The notes beneath the pieces were generated by a model that was not told the DNA's origin, made no database searches, and was given only the letters and a program-made list of their open reading frames with translations. The position numbers were made by a program, and so were the translations under genes. A stretch of DNA of 64,000 bases, from sequence record NC_019407.1; one strand, written 5' to 3'. The number at the start of each line of letters is the position of its first letter. Position 1 is the first letter of the stretch. Shown here one piece after another: positions 51,239-59,580 of this stretch.

Positions 51239-51633
51239 CCGCGACCCGCCAGGAAATCAAGGACGTCCTCGACCGCGTGGCGAACCTGCGCGAGCCCGAC
51301 CGTGAAGTCGAGCTTGCCGTCTGGAACATCGTCAGCACCCAGGGGCGCTGGGCGTGGCACACCCATCATGAGACGATCCACCAGATCGCCAGCGATGGGC
51401 GATATGGCTACGGCATCTGCTCGCTGGAGCGGCTGACCTCGTCGATCAACGACGTGTTGTCGTTCGCCCACTATGCCGATCTCCATTCCCTCGAACTCCT
51501 GGAGAAGGGTCTGGCGCGGGTCAAGTTGCTTCCGCGTCATCTCTACGACCAGGACTACGACGTCCAATTCTTCCTTTGCCGCGACATGCTCATGGTGATC
51601 CTGGAGCATTGTCTTGAGAAAGCCAACGCATGA
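51235..51633 (+). CDS. Hypothetical protein, 132 aa
   Basis: ATGA overlaps. Confidence 0.68.
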   Translation: MTATRQEIKDVLDRVANLREPDREVELAVWNIVSTQGRWAWHTHHETIHQIASDGRYGYGICSLERLTSSINDVLSFAHYADLHSLELLEKGLARVKLLPRHLYDQDYDVQFFLCRDMLMVILEHCLEKANA

Positions 51634-52019
51634 GCTTCGTCTATCTTGCGATCCCCTACACCTCCCAACTGGAGGACGAGGCCGAAGCCAAGGCCGAGCG
51701 CGACGCCCGAATGGTCGAATTCTGGAAGGCCGCCGCCTTTCTGATCGACCGGGGCGATCACGTCGTCTCGCCCATGACCCTGGAGCCGGCCCTGGTCGCC
51801 GTGCCCGACATGCCCTACCGCTGGGAGCACTGGAAGGAATACTCGATCAAGATGATCGGGATTTCGTCGAAGCTGGTGGTTCTGCAATTGCCCGGCTGGT
51901 CGACCAGCCGGGGTGTCATCGGCGAGATGCACGCGGCGGGCGAAGCCGGCATCGAGATCGAGTTCCTGACCCTTCAGACGGTCGCGACGTGGTTGAGCAC
52001 CAGGGAGATTGAAGCGTGA
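51630..52019 (+). CDS. DUF1937 / nucleoside 2-deoxyribosyltransferase-like protein
   Basis: VYLAIPYT...G..V.SP..H/L...W.......LVVL.LPGW..S.GV..E...A...G. Confidence 0.75.
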   Translation: MSFVYLAIPYTSQLEDEAEAKAERDARMVEFWKAAAFLIDRGDHVVSPMTLEPALVAVPDMPYRWEHWKEYSIKMIGISSKLVVLQLPGWSTSRGVIGEMHAAGEAGIEIEFLTLQTVATWLSTREIEA

Positions 52020-52471
52020 TCCAGTTCCTCAAGGACATCACGGGCGTCACCGCGCGCGCCGAAGCCCTGGAGCGCGCAAAAGCCAAGGCCCTGCATGCCA
52101 ATCAGTTGGCCCAGGCGCGCAAGGTCGGGGAATTTCAGGTGGTGCAGGAAGACCGCAAACTCTTCCACTATCAACTGTTTCTCACCCCCTCCACGCTCGA
52201 CGGGTCTTGGTTTTACCTGGGGAGCTACGGCCACATCTGTAGCCGGGTCAACGCCCACTCCTTCTCGTCTCTGGAAGAGGCCAAGGTGGCGGGTGCGGCG
52301 GCGGGCGCTCAATGCCGCGAGCGCATCGCCGGCGAGATGGAGCGCCAGCAGCAGTTCCGCAATATCTACGCCCCGCCGGAGTTCCTGGCCAAATCCGTCA
52401 ACGCCTTCAAGTCGAGTGAGGACCTGCTGATCGAGGTCGCGCGGACGGTGTCCCAGAGGTACCAGCGATGA
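52016..52471 (+). CDS. Hypothetical protein, 151 aa
   Basis: GTGA overlap. Confidence 0.65.
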   Translation: MIQFLKDITGVTARAEALERAKAKALHANQLAQARKVGEFQVVQEDRKLFHYQLFLTPSTLDGSWFYLGSYGHICSRVNAHSFSSLEEAKVAGAAAGAQCRERIAGEMERQQQFRNIYAPPEFLAKSVNAFKSSEDLLIEVARTVSQRYQR

Positions 52472-52734
52472 GCGCGGTCGCTCTGAAGTTCGACACGCTC
52501 GCCGACGCCGAGATGGCGGTCGCCCAGGCGCTCTATGAGCACTGGGTGCGGAGCGAGCGCGCGCGCCATGTCACCTGGAACATCCCCGGCTGGGTCGAGC
52601 CGCCCGCCTGGGCGGACATGAACTGGACCGAGCGCACGCACTGGCTGGTCGAGGCCGGCCTCGTCGTCGACTGCCTGCTCGAATTCGTCAAGAACAACCC
52701 CGGCGCCTATGGAGAGAGCCATGAACCGTCGTGA
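52468..52734 (+). CDS. Hypothetical protein, 88 aa
   Basis: ATGA overlap. Confidence 0.65.
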   Translation: MSAVALKFDTLADAEMAVAQALYEHWVRSERARHVTWNIPGWVEPPAWADMNWTERTHWLVEAGLVVDCLLEFVKNNPGAYGESHEPS

Positions 52735-53341
52735 ACTGATCCTGGGCGCCGGCGCGGTCGTCGCGGCCTCGGCCCTGCCGAGCGTGGTCGAGGCCGCGCG
52801 CATCGAGCCCATTCGACGCTTGCTCCTGGAAAGCGGCTTCGTCCAGCACGAGACCTTCGCCACCTCTTGGATGGCGATCTGGACGGAAGACTCCCACGCC
52901 TCGCGGCATGCCGAGGTCGTCCGGGCCTGGATCGACGAGACGGTCCAGAGCGGCTATCTCAAGTGTGGCGGCGAGACCTACATCCTCGATAAGCACGTGC
53001 GGCTTCCGCAGGTGGACTTCACGATCTCCCCGGCCGACAAGGTCTGGTCGCACTGGTCGGGCTGGGTCGAGGAGGCAGGGCTGAAGGTCGTCGTGCGCGT
53101 GCTCGCGTCCGATCCCCAGGTCGATGCGACCTTCGATCCGGTCTATCTGATGAAGACCCGCTGGCAGACCGACGGGACCCAGGCTCCGGAGGAGACTCGC
53201 TACCTCGTCCGCCGGCCGCTCCTGCGTTACCACGAGGAACGCGAGCTTCGCTACGCCCTCGGGGACACCGCCGGCTACTCGCCGAACTCGTTGATCGAGT
53301 TCGACAATAGCTGGCTTCTCGATATGGCGAAGTCCGCATGA
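52721..53341 (+). CDS. Protein with a twin-arginine (Tat)-like signal, 206 aa
   Basis: MNRRELILGAGAVVAASALP...EAA; GGAGAG SD. Confidence 0.62.
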   Translation: MNRRELILGAGAVVAASALPSVVEAARIEPIRRLLLESGFVQHETFATSWMAIWTEDSHASRHAEVVRAWIDETVQSGYLKCGGETYILDKHVRLPQVDFTISPADKVWSHWSGWVEEAGLKVVVRVLASDPQVDATFDPVYLMKTRWQTDGTQAPEETRYLVRRPLLRYHEERELRYALGDTAGYSPNSLIEFDNSWLLDMAKSA

Positions 53342-53841
53342 TCCGCTCGACCGGAGAAGCGCCTGAGACCCGCGCCGGCCGTCTTGCCGAGGGCTATGCC
53401 GCGCAGAAAGCCGTGATCAAGAAGCTGCTGGACAGTCCGCCCGAGGTGGTGAACGCCCATTGGCAGCATCTGAGCGCGATGATCTGGGCGCACTGTGATC
53501 TGCGGGTCCTCGGGGAGTGGCAGGAACGGCCGGTCCGGGGCTGGATCGCCGAGCACATCAACGCCCCGTTCGACATCTGCCTTTCCCAGGACGGGAACGG
53601 CCGCACGATCAGCGATACTGATCTGGCGATCTCGATGATCTCCAATCTGCTCCCGACGGCCTCGATCGAAATTAGAAAGTGGCCTCCCGGCGGAATCCAG
53701 ATGCCCTGGGAGTTGAGGCTGGACACGCGCTTCAGCGCCGGCCGCCACCAGGGCCTTCTCTGGGGTTTCGGTCACAACATCGCCCAGGCCGCTTGGCGCG
53801 CCTATTTCAGCTACGTCAACAAGGAGCCCACCGATGTCTGA
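53338..53841 (+). CDS. Hypothetical protein, 167 aa
   Basis: ATGA overlap. Confidence 0.65.
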   Translation: MIRSTGEAPETRAGRLAEGYAAQKAVIKKLLDSPPEVVNAHWQHLSAMIWAHCDLRVLGEWQERPVRGWIAEHINAPFDICLSQDGNGRTISDTDLAISMISNLLPTASIEIRKWPPGGIQMPWELRLDTRFSAGRHQGLLWGFGHNIAQAAWRAYFSYVNKEPTDV

Positions 53842-54052
53842 CGTCTTCGACGAGGTCGAGCGCCGCCTGAACCGCCGGCGTCCCGGCTTCTGGATTCACA
53901 AGGCCGCCATCGCGATCATCGTGGTGATCGGCCTGTTGGTCGTCGCTGGCGGCGCCATCCAGGTCTTCAATCCGACCCTGGCGGTCCAGTGGCAGGCCAA
54001 GCAGGATGCGGCCTATGACCGCGCCTACGAAGAAGCCCGGCGGGCCGAGTGA
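53834..54052 (+). CDS. Small membrane protein, 72 aa
   Basis: Single TM segment; AAGGAG SD. Confidence 0.7.
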   Translation: MSDVFDEVERRLNRRRPGFWIHKAAIAIIVVIGLLVVAGGAIQVFNPTLAVQWQAKQDAAYDRAYEEARRAE

Positions 54053-54543
54053 TGGTGATCTTCGCGCCCGAATACACCTGGGAGGAGATCGGCACCGATG
54101 TCGCCGTCGGCCTGACCGAGGCGGTGATCCGGGGCGAGGCCGCGCCGGTCTGCGTCGGCTCCTCGCTGCACGCCATGGAATTCCACGTCATCTGGCGCGG
54201 CGATCTCTACCGGGCCTTCACCGGCATGGGGAGCGATCCCGACTGGACCTGCGCCGAGAAGGGCGTGCGGGTCCCCCATCCGCTGGACGGCAAGAAGATC
54301 GACGAGATCGAGAAGGACCGGCATCGCGACGAGGAACGCTACCGCCGCGAGATCGAGACCATGCCCGGCCGGCACCTCTACATCTGCCGCAAGACCGATG
54401 ACCTCCAGGACATCCTCGCCCGCATCCCGATGGACCTGCGGATGCGCCACGAGATGTCGAACATGATCACCCTCCTGGCCCGGATGATGCTGGTCCAGAA
54501 CTCCACCCGCACGCTTTCCCGCTCCAAACTCGACCGGTTCTGA
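54049..54543 (+). CDS. Hypothetical protein, 164 aa
   Basis: GTGA overlap. Confidence 0.65.
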   Translation: MMVIFAPEYTWEEIGTDVAVGLTEAVIRGEAAPVCVGSSLHAMEFHVIWRGDLYRAFTGMGSDPDWTCAEKGVRVPHPLDGKKIDEIEKDRHRDEERYRREIETMPGRHLYICRKTDDLQDILARIPMDLRMRHEMSNMITLLARMMLVQNSTRTLSRSKLDRF

Positions 54544-54544
54544 C

Positions 54545-55066
54545 ATGACCACCCAACGCCTCGATTTTTCCAGCGACGTCAACTGGCCCCCGAAGGTCGA
54601 CTTCGATCTCAAGAAGCTGCGCTACGACGTGGCGGTCGAAATCCTGGAGACCCTGTGGCCCAAGCACCGCCACGACAAGCGCCACGACCTGTCGCTGCTG
54701 GGCTCGCTCTGCAAGGTCAAGTTCGGCGCGGCGGGCTTCAAGGCCGACGACATCAAGGAGCAGACCCTGGCGGTCATGCGCACGCTCGAAGCGGCCAACT
54801 TCGTGCGCAACGACGGCGGCGACTGGCACCTGACGGCGACCGGGGCGATCTGGGTCCTGGTGGCCCGGACTGCGCCCTCGGGCTGGGCGACCGAGAGCGC
54901 CCTGCTCCACCACATCGAACTGGCGACCTTCCCCGCCGCCGAGATCATCTGGGCGGTCGAGTCCTGCCCCTATTTCCACATCCGCAAGGGAAGCCTGTTC
55001 GACGACAAGGTCTTCGATCTCCAGGCCTACCAGCAGCCGCTCGATGGGTGGAACGGATGGCGCTGA
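54545..55066 (+). CDS. Hypothetical protein with a wHTH-like segment
   Basis: MRTLEAANFV.....WHLTATG. Confidence 0.68.
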   Translation: MTTQRLDFSSDVNWPPKVDFDLKKLRYDVAVEILETLWPKHRHDKRHDLSLLGSLCKVKFGAAGFKADDIKEQTLAVMRTLEAANFVRNDGGDWHLTATGAIWVLVARTAPSGWATESALLHHIELATFPAAEIIWAVESCPYFHIRKGSLFDDKVFDLQAYQQPLDGWNGWR

Positions 55067-55593
55067 CCCCCGAGGCCTGGGACAGCCTGATCCTCAACCT
55101 GCGGACCGCCGCCGAGGACAAGGACCGCGAGGCCTGGGACGACGCGATCCAGGCTCTGGAAGCCGCCTTCGATGAGCATGTCGAGGGGCCGCTGGAGAGC
55201 CATCCCAACACCCTGGCCTGGAAGAAGAGCCTCGAAGAGAAGACGCGGTTCCTGGCCGGCTGGCGCCACTGGGGCGGCGGGGCGCGCGACGTCCCCGACG
55301 CCTACCGGGGCGACCCGCACTTCAACCGGGGCCGGTCCGGCGCGGCGATCGCCCAGGACATGAGCGCGGTGAAGGACCTTGACGCGTGTCACCACCCGGT
55401 CAAGCATCGGATCGCCGGCGGGGATAATCAGGTCCTGCCGCGCCACCCGGCCGTCTACGGCTCCTACGCGGTCGAAATCTGCCGCCTCTGCCGGGGGTGG
55501 ACCCTGGTTCAGCACGGGACGCCCCGGTGGCGTCCTGGTCCGTACTATGACGCCTACGAGAAGGCGACGCGCGAGGAAGAGGAGCGCTGCTGA
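55057..55593 (+). CDS. Hypothetical protein, 178 aa (MALTPEAW...)
   Basis: Overlap-coupled start and stop. Confidence 0.68.
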   Translation: MALTPEAWDSLILNLRTAAEDKDREAWDDAIQALEAAFDEHVEGPLESHPNTLAWKKSLEEKTRFLAGWRHWGGGARDVPDAYRGDPHFNRGRSGAAIAQDMSAVKDLDACHHPVKHRIAGGDNQVLPRHPAVYGSYAVEICRLCRGWTLVQHGTPRWRPGPYYDAYEKATREEEERC

Positions 55594-56288
55594 TGCTCTA
55601 TGTGTTCGGGGATATCCACGGCCGCCTCGACCTCCTGGAGAAGGCGCGACACGAAATCCGTGTACGCGGCGACTGCACGCAGATGATCTTCCTCGGGGAC
55701 TATGTCGATCGCGGTCCCGAGAGCAAGGGCGTCGTCGAGGCCGTGATGGCGCTTCAGGCCCAGGGCGAGATCGCCCTGATGGGCAACCACGAGGAAATGA
55801 TGCTGACCGCCTGTCAGATCAAGTCCTACAACGCCATGTCCAAGCTCTGGGTGTCGAACGGCGGCAAGCAGACCCTGAAGTCCTACGGGGCCGGCGACAA
55901 TGCCTGGAACGCCAAATGGGACCTGATCCCCCAGGAGCACGTCGACTGGCTGGCGCGGCTCAAGCCGATCCACGAGACGCCGGGGCGGGTGTTCGTTCAC
56001 GCCGGCCTCGCGCCGGGGGTGGCGATCAAGATGCAGGAGGAGGAACACCTTCTCTGGATCAGGGACAAGTTCCTCAACGCCTCGGCCGCCCAGTTCGAAA
56101 AGCACGTCGTCCACGGCCACACCCACACCCATGCGCGCAAGAAGATCGAAGAGCCCGAGCTTCTCGCGCATCGGACCAACCTCGACACCGGGGCCTTCTA
56201 CACGGGCGTCCTGGCCGTCGGGGTGTTCGACCCGGACGGCTACGGCGGACCCGAGGAGGTGCTGTTGATCCGCGAGGACGACGCATGA
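55593..56288 (+). CDS. Calcineurin-like metallophosphoesterase (lambda-PP / PrpA / ApaH family)
   Basis: GDIHG, GDYVDRG, GNHE, HAG, HGHT, NLDTGA. Confidence 0.92.
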   Translation: MLYVFGDIHGRLDLLEKARHEIRVRGDCTQMIFLGDYVDRGPESKGVVEAVMALQAQGEIALMGNHEEMMLTACQIKSYNAMSKLWVSNGGKQTLKSYGAGDNAWNAKWDLIPQEHVDWLARLKPIHETPGRVFVHAGLAPGVAIKMQEEEHLLWIRDKFLNASAAQFEKHVVHGHTHTHARKKIEEPELLAHRTNLDTGAFYTGVLAVGVFDPDGYGGPEEVLLIREDDA

Positions 56289-56869
56289 TCCCCGACTTCG
56301 TCCAGAAGGCTCGCAAGCTCCTGGGCCTCTACGGCGACAAGCCCAAGGTCAAGCCGGTCGATCCCGCCGCGCCGCTGGGTAGGGCGAACGGCGGGCAGGT
56401 CTTCGGCTCGCCGGTTCCGCAGGTCGTTTCCGGAAGCAGTCATGGCTTCATGGGCGGCCCTGGCGGCGGATCGATCCACACCGGCTCGGGTCACGGCGTC
56501 ATCATGATGGGGGCGGGCGGTGGCGGCTCGGCTCAAATCCTGGTCTATAACGGCGCGACGACGACGTGGGCGCCAATGCCCGAGGCCGTGGTCAAGACGG
56601 TCGAGAAGCCCAAGACGCGGCCCGGCCTGACGGCGGGAGAGGACGAGGTCATCACGACCATGGTTCGCTATGGCGATGTCGAACTGGTCCTGGAGCGCGA
56701 CCGCAGGTTCGCCTTCGTCCGTTTCGGTCTGGAGCTTGCCTATCCCCGCGTCTCGGGCCGGATGCTCAAGTCCTTGATCAAGAAGGGCTATCTGAAAGCT
56801 ATCGAGCATGACGAGATGGGCGGGCCGCAGGTGGTGGTGGTCGTGGCGGGCAAGGTTGCAGTCTGCTGA
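56285..56869 (+). CDS. Protein with a Gly-rich linker and wHTH-like C-terminus, 194 aa
   Basis: GGPGGGSIHTGSGHG..MMGAGGGGS; MLKSLIKKGYL. Confidence 0.65.
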   Translation: MIPDFVQKARKLLGLYGDKPKVKPVDPAAPLGRANGGQVFGSPVPQVVSGSSHGFMGGPGGGSIHTGSGHGVIMMGAGGGGSAQILVYNGATTTWAPMPEAVVKTVEKPKTRPGLTAGEDEVITTMVRYGDVELVLERDRRFAFVRFGLELAYPRVSGRMLKSLIKKGYLKAIEHDEMGGPQVVVVVAGKVAVC

Positions 56870-56875
56870 ATTTTG

Positions 56876-56942
56876 TTGGCGTTAGAACGTTGACAGCCTC
56901 GGCGTGATGTCATAAAAGCCTCCTCGACGACAACGAGGAGGC
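56876..56942 (+). promoter_or_regulatory. Conserved promoter with a perfect 9-bp SD-occluding hairpin
   Basis: TTGGC-N6-ACGTTGACA-N17-TAAAAG; GCCTCCTCG-ACGACAA-CGAGGAGGC. Confidence 0.88.
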
Positions 56943-56946
56943 CCAC

Positions 56947-57366
56947 ATGGCTTACGCAATTCCGGACCTGAGCACGTTCACGTTCCACGACCCCAAGGTC
57001 GAACGGTTCGCCAAGGCGATGATCTCGACGATCGAGACTGCTCAGACCATCCTCACGGCCTTCGCCAACGATCTCGCCGACAATCCTCTTCAGGCGTTCG
57101 AGCATAGCTACGGCGCCAAGATGGCCGCCGCCCACAGGGACGTCGCCAAGGGGCTGCTCAACGAGGTTCTCGACGCGCTGCTGCACGGTCAGGACAAGAC
57201 CTGGGCCTACATCGGCCAGGACCTGCGCGAGCGGCTGATGTATCGCGTGATCTACGCGGCCTCGAACCCGCCGCGCTCGACCAACGTCGAAGGCAACGAC
57301 ATGGCCCGCTTCGTCCTGCGCGCCGAGGCCGACATGCTCGACCGCATGACCAAGAGCCGCTTCTGA
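56947..57366 (+). CDS. Hypothetical helical protein, 139 aa
   Basis: First gene after the promoter. Confidence 0.8.
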   Translation: MAYAIPDLSTFTFHDPKVERFAKAMISTIETAQTILTAFANDLADNPLQAFEHSYGAKMAAAHRDVAKGLLNEVLDALLHGQDKTWAYIGQDLRERLMYRVIYAASNPPRSTNVEGNDMARFVLRAEADMLDRMTKSRF

Positions 57367-57680
57367 TGCGGATCGTCGACTTCGCGACGTTCGTGACGCT
57401 TCCGGCTGGGACCCTCTACCAGGAGATCGACCAGTACGGGAGCCCCATCAGCGCCCTGGCGATCCGCCACGACGTGCTGTTCGACGGCGATCGCCCGTTC
57501 GACTTCATCTACGAGGAAATCCTCTACCAGACGGCCGACGGCTTCCTGGGCGACCCGCCGAAGCTGGCCGAGTTGGGGACCAAGCGCTGGGGGCTCTTCG
57601 ATGACGAGACCCTGTTCATCGTCTACGAGACGCAGGACCGCGCCCGGCTGGCCAAGATCATCCTGGGAGATGCCGCATGA
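57366..57680 (+). CDS. Conserved phage protein, 104 aa
   Basis: MRIV...F..LPAGTLY. Confidence 0.72.
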   Translation: MRIVDFATFVTLPAGTLYQEIDQYGSPISALAIRHDVLFDGDRPFDFIYEEILYQTADGFLGDPPKLAELGTKRWGLFDDETLFIVYETQDRARLAKIILGDAA

Positions 57681-58060
57681 AGCCGCTCGACGAACGCATC
57701 CGTGACGCGATCGACACCCCGCGCCCGGCCTGGATCGAGCGCGTCGGGAGCCGCTATCAGGTGATCACCAAGGGCGTGCTGTTCCCGAACACGCGCAACC
57801 CGGTCGGCAAGACCTGGGCGCTGCGCTCTGGCGCCCTGACCTACATCCGTCAGCAGTATCTCACCCTGCTGGAGGGCGACTGCCCGCTGCCGGCCGCGAC
57901 CCAGGAGCAGCGCGACGCCTACCAGAACGAAGGGCGCGAGCGCCGCGCCGTCGTCGAGCAGTTGGCGACGGAACTGGATCGGCCCTACACGGACGTCTGG
58001 CGCGTGGTCCGCGACCTGGAAGCCCAGGGCCTGCTCCGCTTCGAGGAGGCCCGCCCATGA
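57677..58060 (+). CDS. Protein with an HTH-like C-terminus
   Basis: QLATELDRPYTDVWRVVRDLEAQGLL. Confidence 0.7.
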   Translation: MKPLDERIRDAIDTPRPAWIERVGSRYQVITKGVLFPNTRNPVGKTWALRSGALTYIRQQYLTLLEGDCPLPAATQEQRDAYQNEGRERRAVVEQLATELDRPYTDVWRVVRDLEAQGLLRFEEARP

Positions 58061-58278
58061 CGCCGCAGACCCAGAGGACCTTCATCCTGTCCGGCGTGGG
58101 CTTCTTCCTCGGCTTCCTGCTGGTGTTTGGCCTCATGAGCGCCACGCAGGCCTCCTACAACCGAGGCTATCGAGACGCCAAGGCCGACACGCGCCGGGAC
58201 GAGCCGGCATGCTTCGTCACCGAGCGCTGCTACCTGGGCCAGGACGCCGACGGGCGGTGGTTCATCGAGCCGAAATAG
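58057..58278 (+). CDS. Small membrane-anchored protein
   Basis: N-terminal TM segment. Confidence 0.68.
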   Translation: MTPQTQRTFILSGVGFFLGFLLVFGLMSATQASYNRGYRDAKADTRRDEPACFVTERCYLGQDADGRWFIEPK

Positions 58279-58344
58279 TTGGCGTTCAAGTGTTGCCAAG
58301 CCTCTCGGCTTGCGCTACACCCATCGTCGACGACAACGAGGAGG
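58279..58344 (+). promoter_or_regulatory. Conserved promoter (TTGCCA variant)
   Basis: TTGGC-N6-GTGTTGCCA-N17-TACACC-N8-ACGACAACGAGGAGG. Confidence 0.82.
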
Positions 58345-58350
58345 CCCCCC

Positions 58351-58545
58351 ATGCCACACCTGAGCAAGACGCCGTTCGACTTCGACTTCACCAGTGACGC
58401 TTTGGCGGCAACGCTGGAATTCGAGCGCAACACCGCCGAGTTCTACCGCTACGAGACAGTCTTCACATCCGGTCGTGCGGCAATCCACGTTCTCGTCATG
58501 GAAGAAGACGGGAATTTCGTCGGCTTCGTCTCGGGTGAAGCCTGA
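58351..58545 (+). CDS. Small protein, 64 aa (MPHLSKT...)
   Basis: GAGGAGG SD after the promoter. Confidence 0.72.
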   Translation: MPHLSKTPFDFDFTSDALAATLEFERNTAEFYRYETVFTSGRAAIHVLVMEEDGNFVGFVSGEA

Positions 58546-58913
58546 TGCAACACCTCGACCCCCGCATCGGCGTCCTGAACTCGGGCGTCTACTACGCCTT
58601 CGTCGACGGCTACGACAAGCCCGAGACGCGCGGCACGCTCGAAGAGGTCGAGATCGCCCTGGGCCTGCGCGCTGCGAAGCCGACTCCGACCAAGCGCATC
58701 GTCGCCGCCCAGCCGGCCGTCAAGTCCTACTCGGTCCACATGCGGTTCGAATATCCGGGCTGGAGCTACGTCGACGGCATCACCTACGAGGGCATGCTCG
58801 GTCGCACGAAGGCCGAAGCGATCCGCAACGCCCGCGCCGAGGCCTTTGCCGACGGTCACCTGGGTGTCGGTCAGGGCCGCGTGTGGTTCAAGGCCACGGA
58901 AGAAGACGCCTAA
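58545..58913 (+). CDS. Hypothetical protein, 122 aa
   Basis: TGATG overlap. Confidence 0.7.
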   Translation: MQHLDPRIGVLNSGVYYAFVDGYDKPETRGTLEEVEIALGLRAAKPTPTKRIVAAQPAVKSYSVHMRFEYPGWSYVDGITYEGMLGRTKAEAIRNARAEAFADGHLGVGQGRVWFKATEEDA

Positions 58914-58914
58914 G

Positions 58915-59148
58915 ATGAGCCGCATCCGCGTCATCGACCGCGACGGGTTCATGCAGGGCTGGGTCGACGCCCGCGTCGGCCTGCCGACCTATTCTGGCCC
59001 CGTCACCCGCTGGACCGAGAAGGGCTCGTTCTGGACCACCGGCGCCGACGGTGAAGAACGCCTGTGGAAGGCCGGCAATCACCAGCCCTGCGTCTACAAG
59101 AGCAAGCTCCGCAAGAGCGACATCATCCACGAACGATCGGAGGGCTAA
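58915..59148 (+). CDS. Hypothetical protein, 77 aa (MSRIRVID...)
   Basis: ATG 1 nt after the upstream stop. Confidence 0.65.
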   Translation: MSRIRVIDRDGFMQGWVDARVGLPTYSGPVTRWTEKGSFWTTGADGEERLWKAGNHQPCVYKSKLRKSDIIHERSEG

Positions 59149-59149
59149 C

Positions 59150-59464
59150 GTGAGTCTGATGACCTATCTGGCCGGCGCGGCAGTCACCGGCGCGGCCCTC
59201 TCGGTGTACGTCTTCAAGGTCCGGGCGCCGGTGGTGAGGGAGACCTACACCCACACCTGGGGCTACGTCAAAACTGACGACGTGGGCGAGACCGGCAACG
59301 TGATCATGGCCATCGCCGTCTTCGCGGCGATCTGGCCCCTGACGGCCGCCCTTGGGATCGTCATGGGTCTCTGGCATGTCCTGGTCCGCACCGTCGACGG
59401 TGCGTGGCGACGCAAGACCGATCGCCGCGAGACCACCTACGTTGGTCACCACCCCTATCTGTGA
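59150..59464 (+). CDS. Small membrane protein, 104 aa
   Basis: GTG after GGAGGG; hydrophobic segments. Confidence 0.62.
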   Translation: MSLMTYLAGAAVTGAALSVYVFKVRAPVVRETYTHTWGYVKTDDVGETGNVIMAIAVFAAIWPLTAALGIVMGLWHVLVRTVDGAWRRKTDRRETTYVGHHPYL

Positions 59465-59479
59465 CCGCCGCCAGCCTCG

Positions 59480-59522
59480 CTGGCTTCAGTGTGTTGACGG
59501 CGCGTCGATCGCCCGCTAAGAA
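59480..59522 (+). promoter_or_regulatory. Conserved promoter lacking the ACGACAA element
   Basis: CTGGC-N6-GTGTTGACG-N17-TAAGAA. Confidence 0.72.
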
Positions 59523-59580
59523 GGGCTGACGGTCACGCTCTGGCTGCATGAATTTTCAATCCGAAAGGGGCCTTAAGTCC

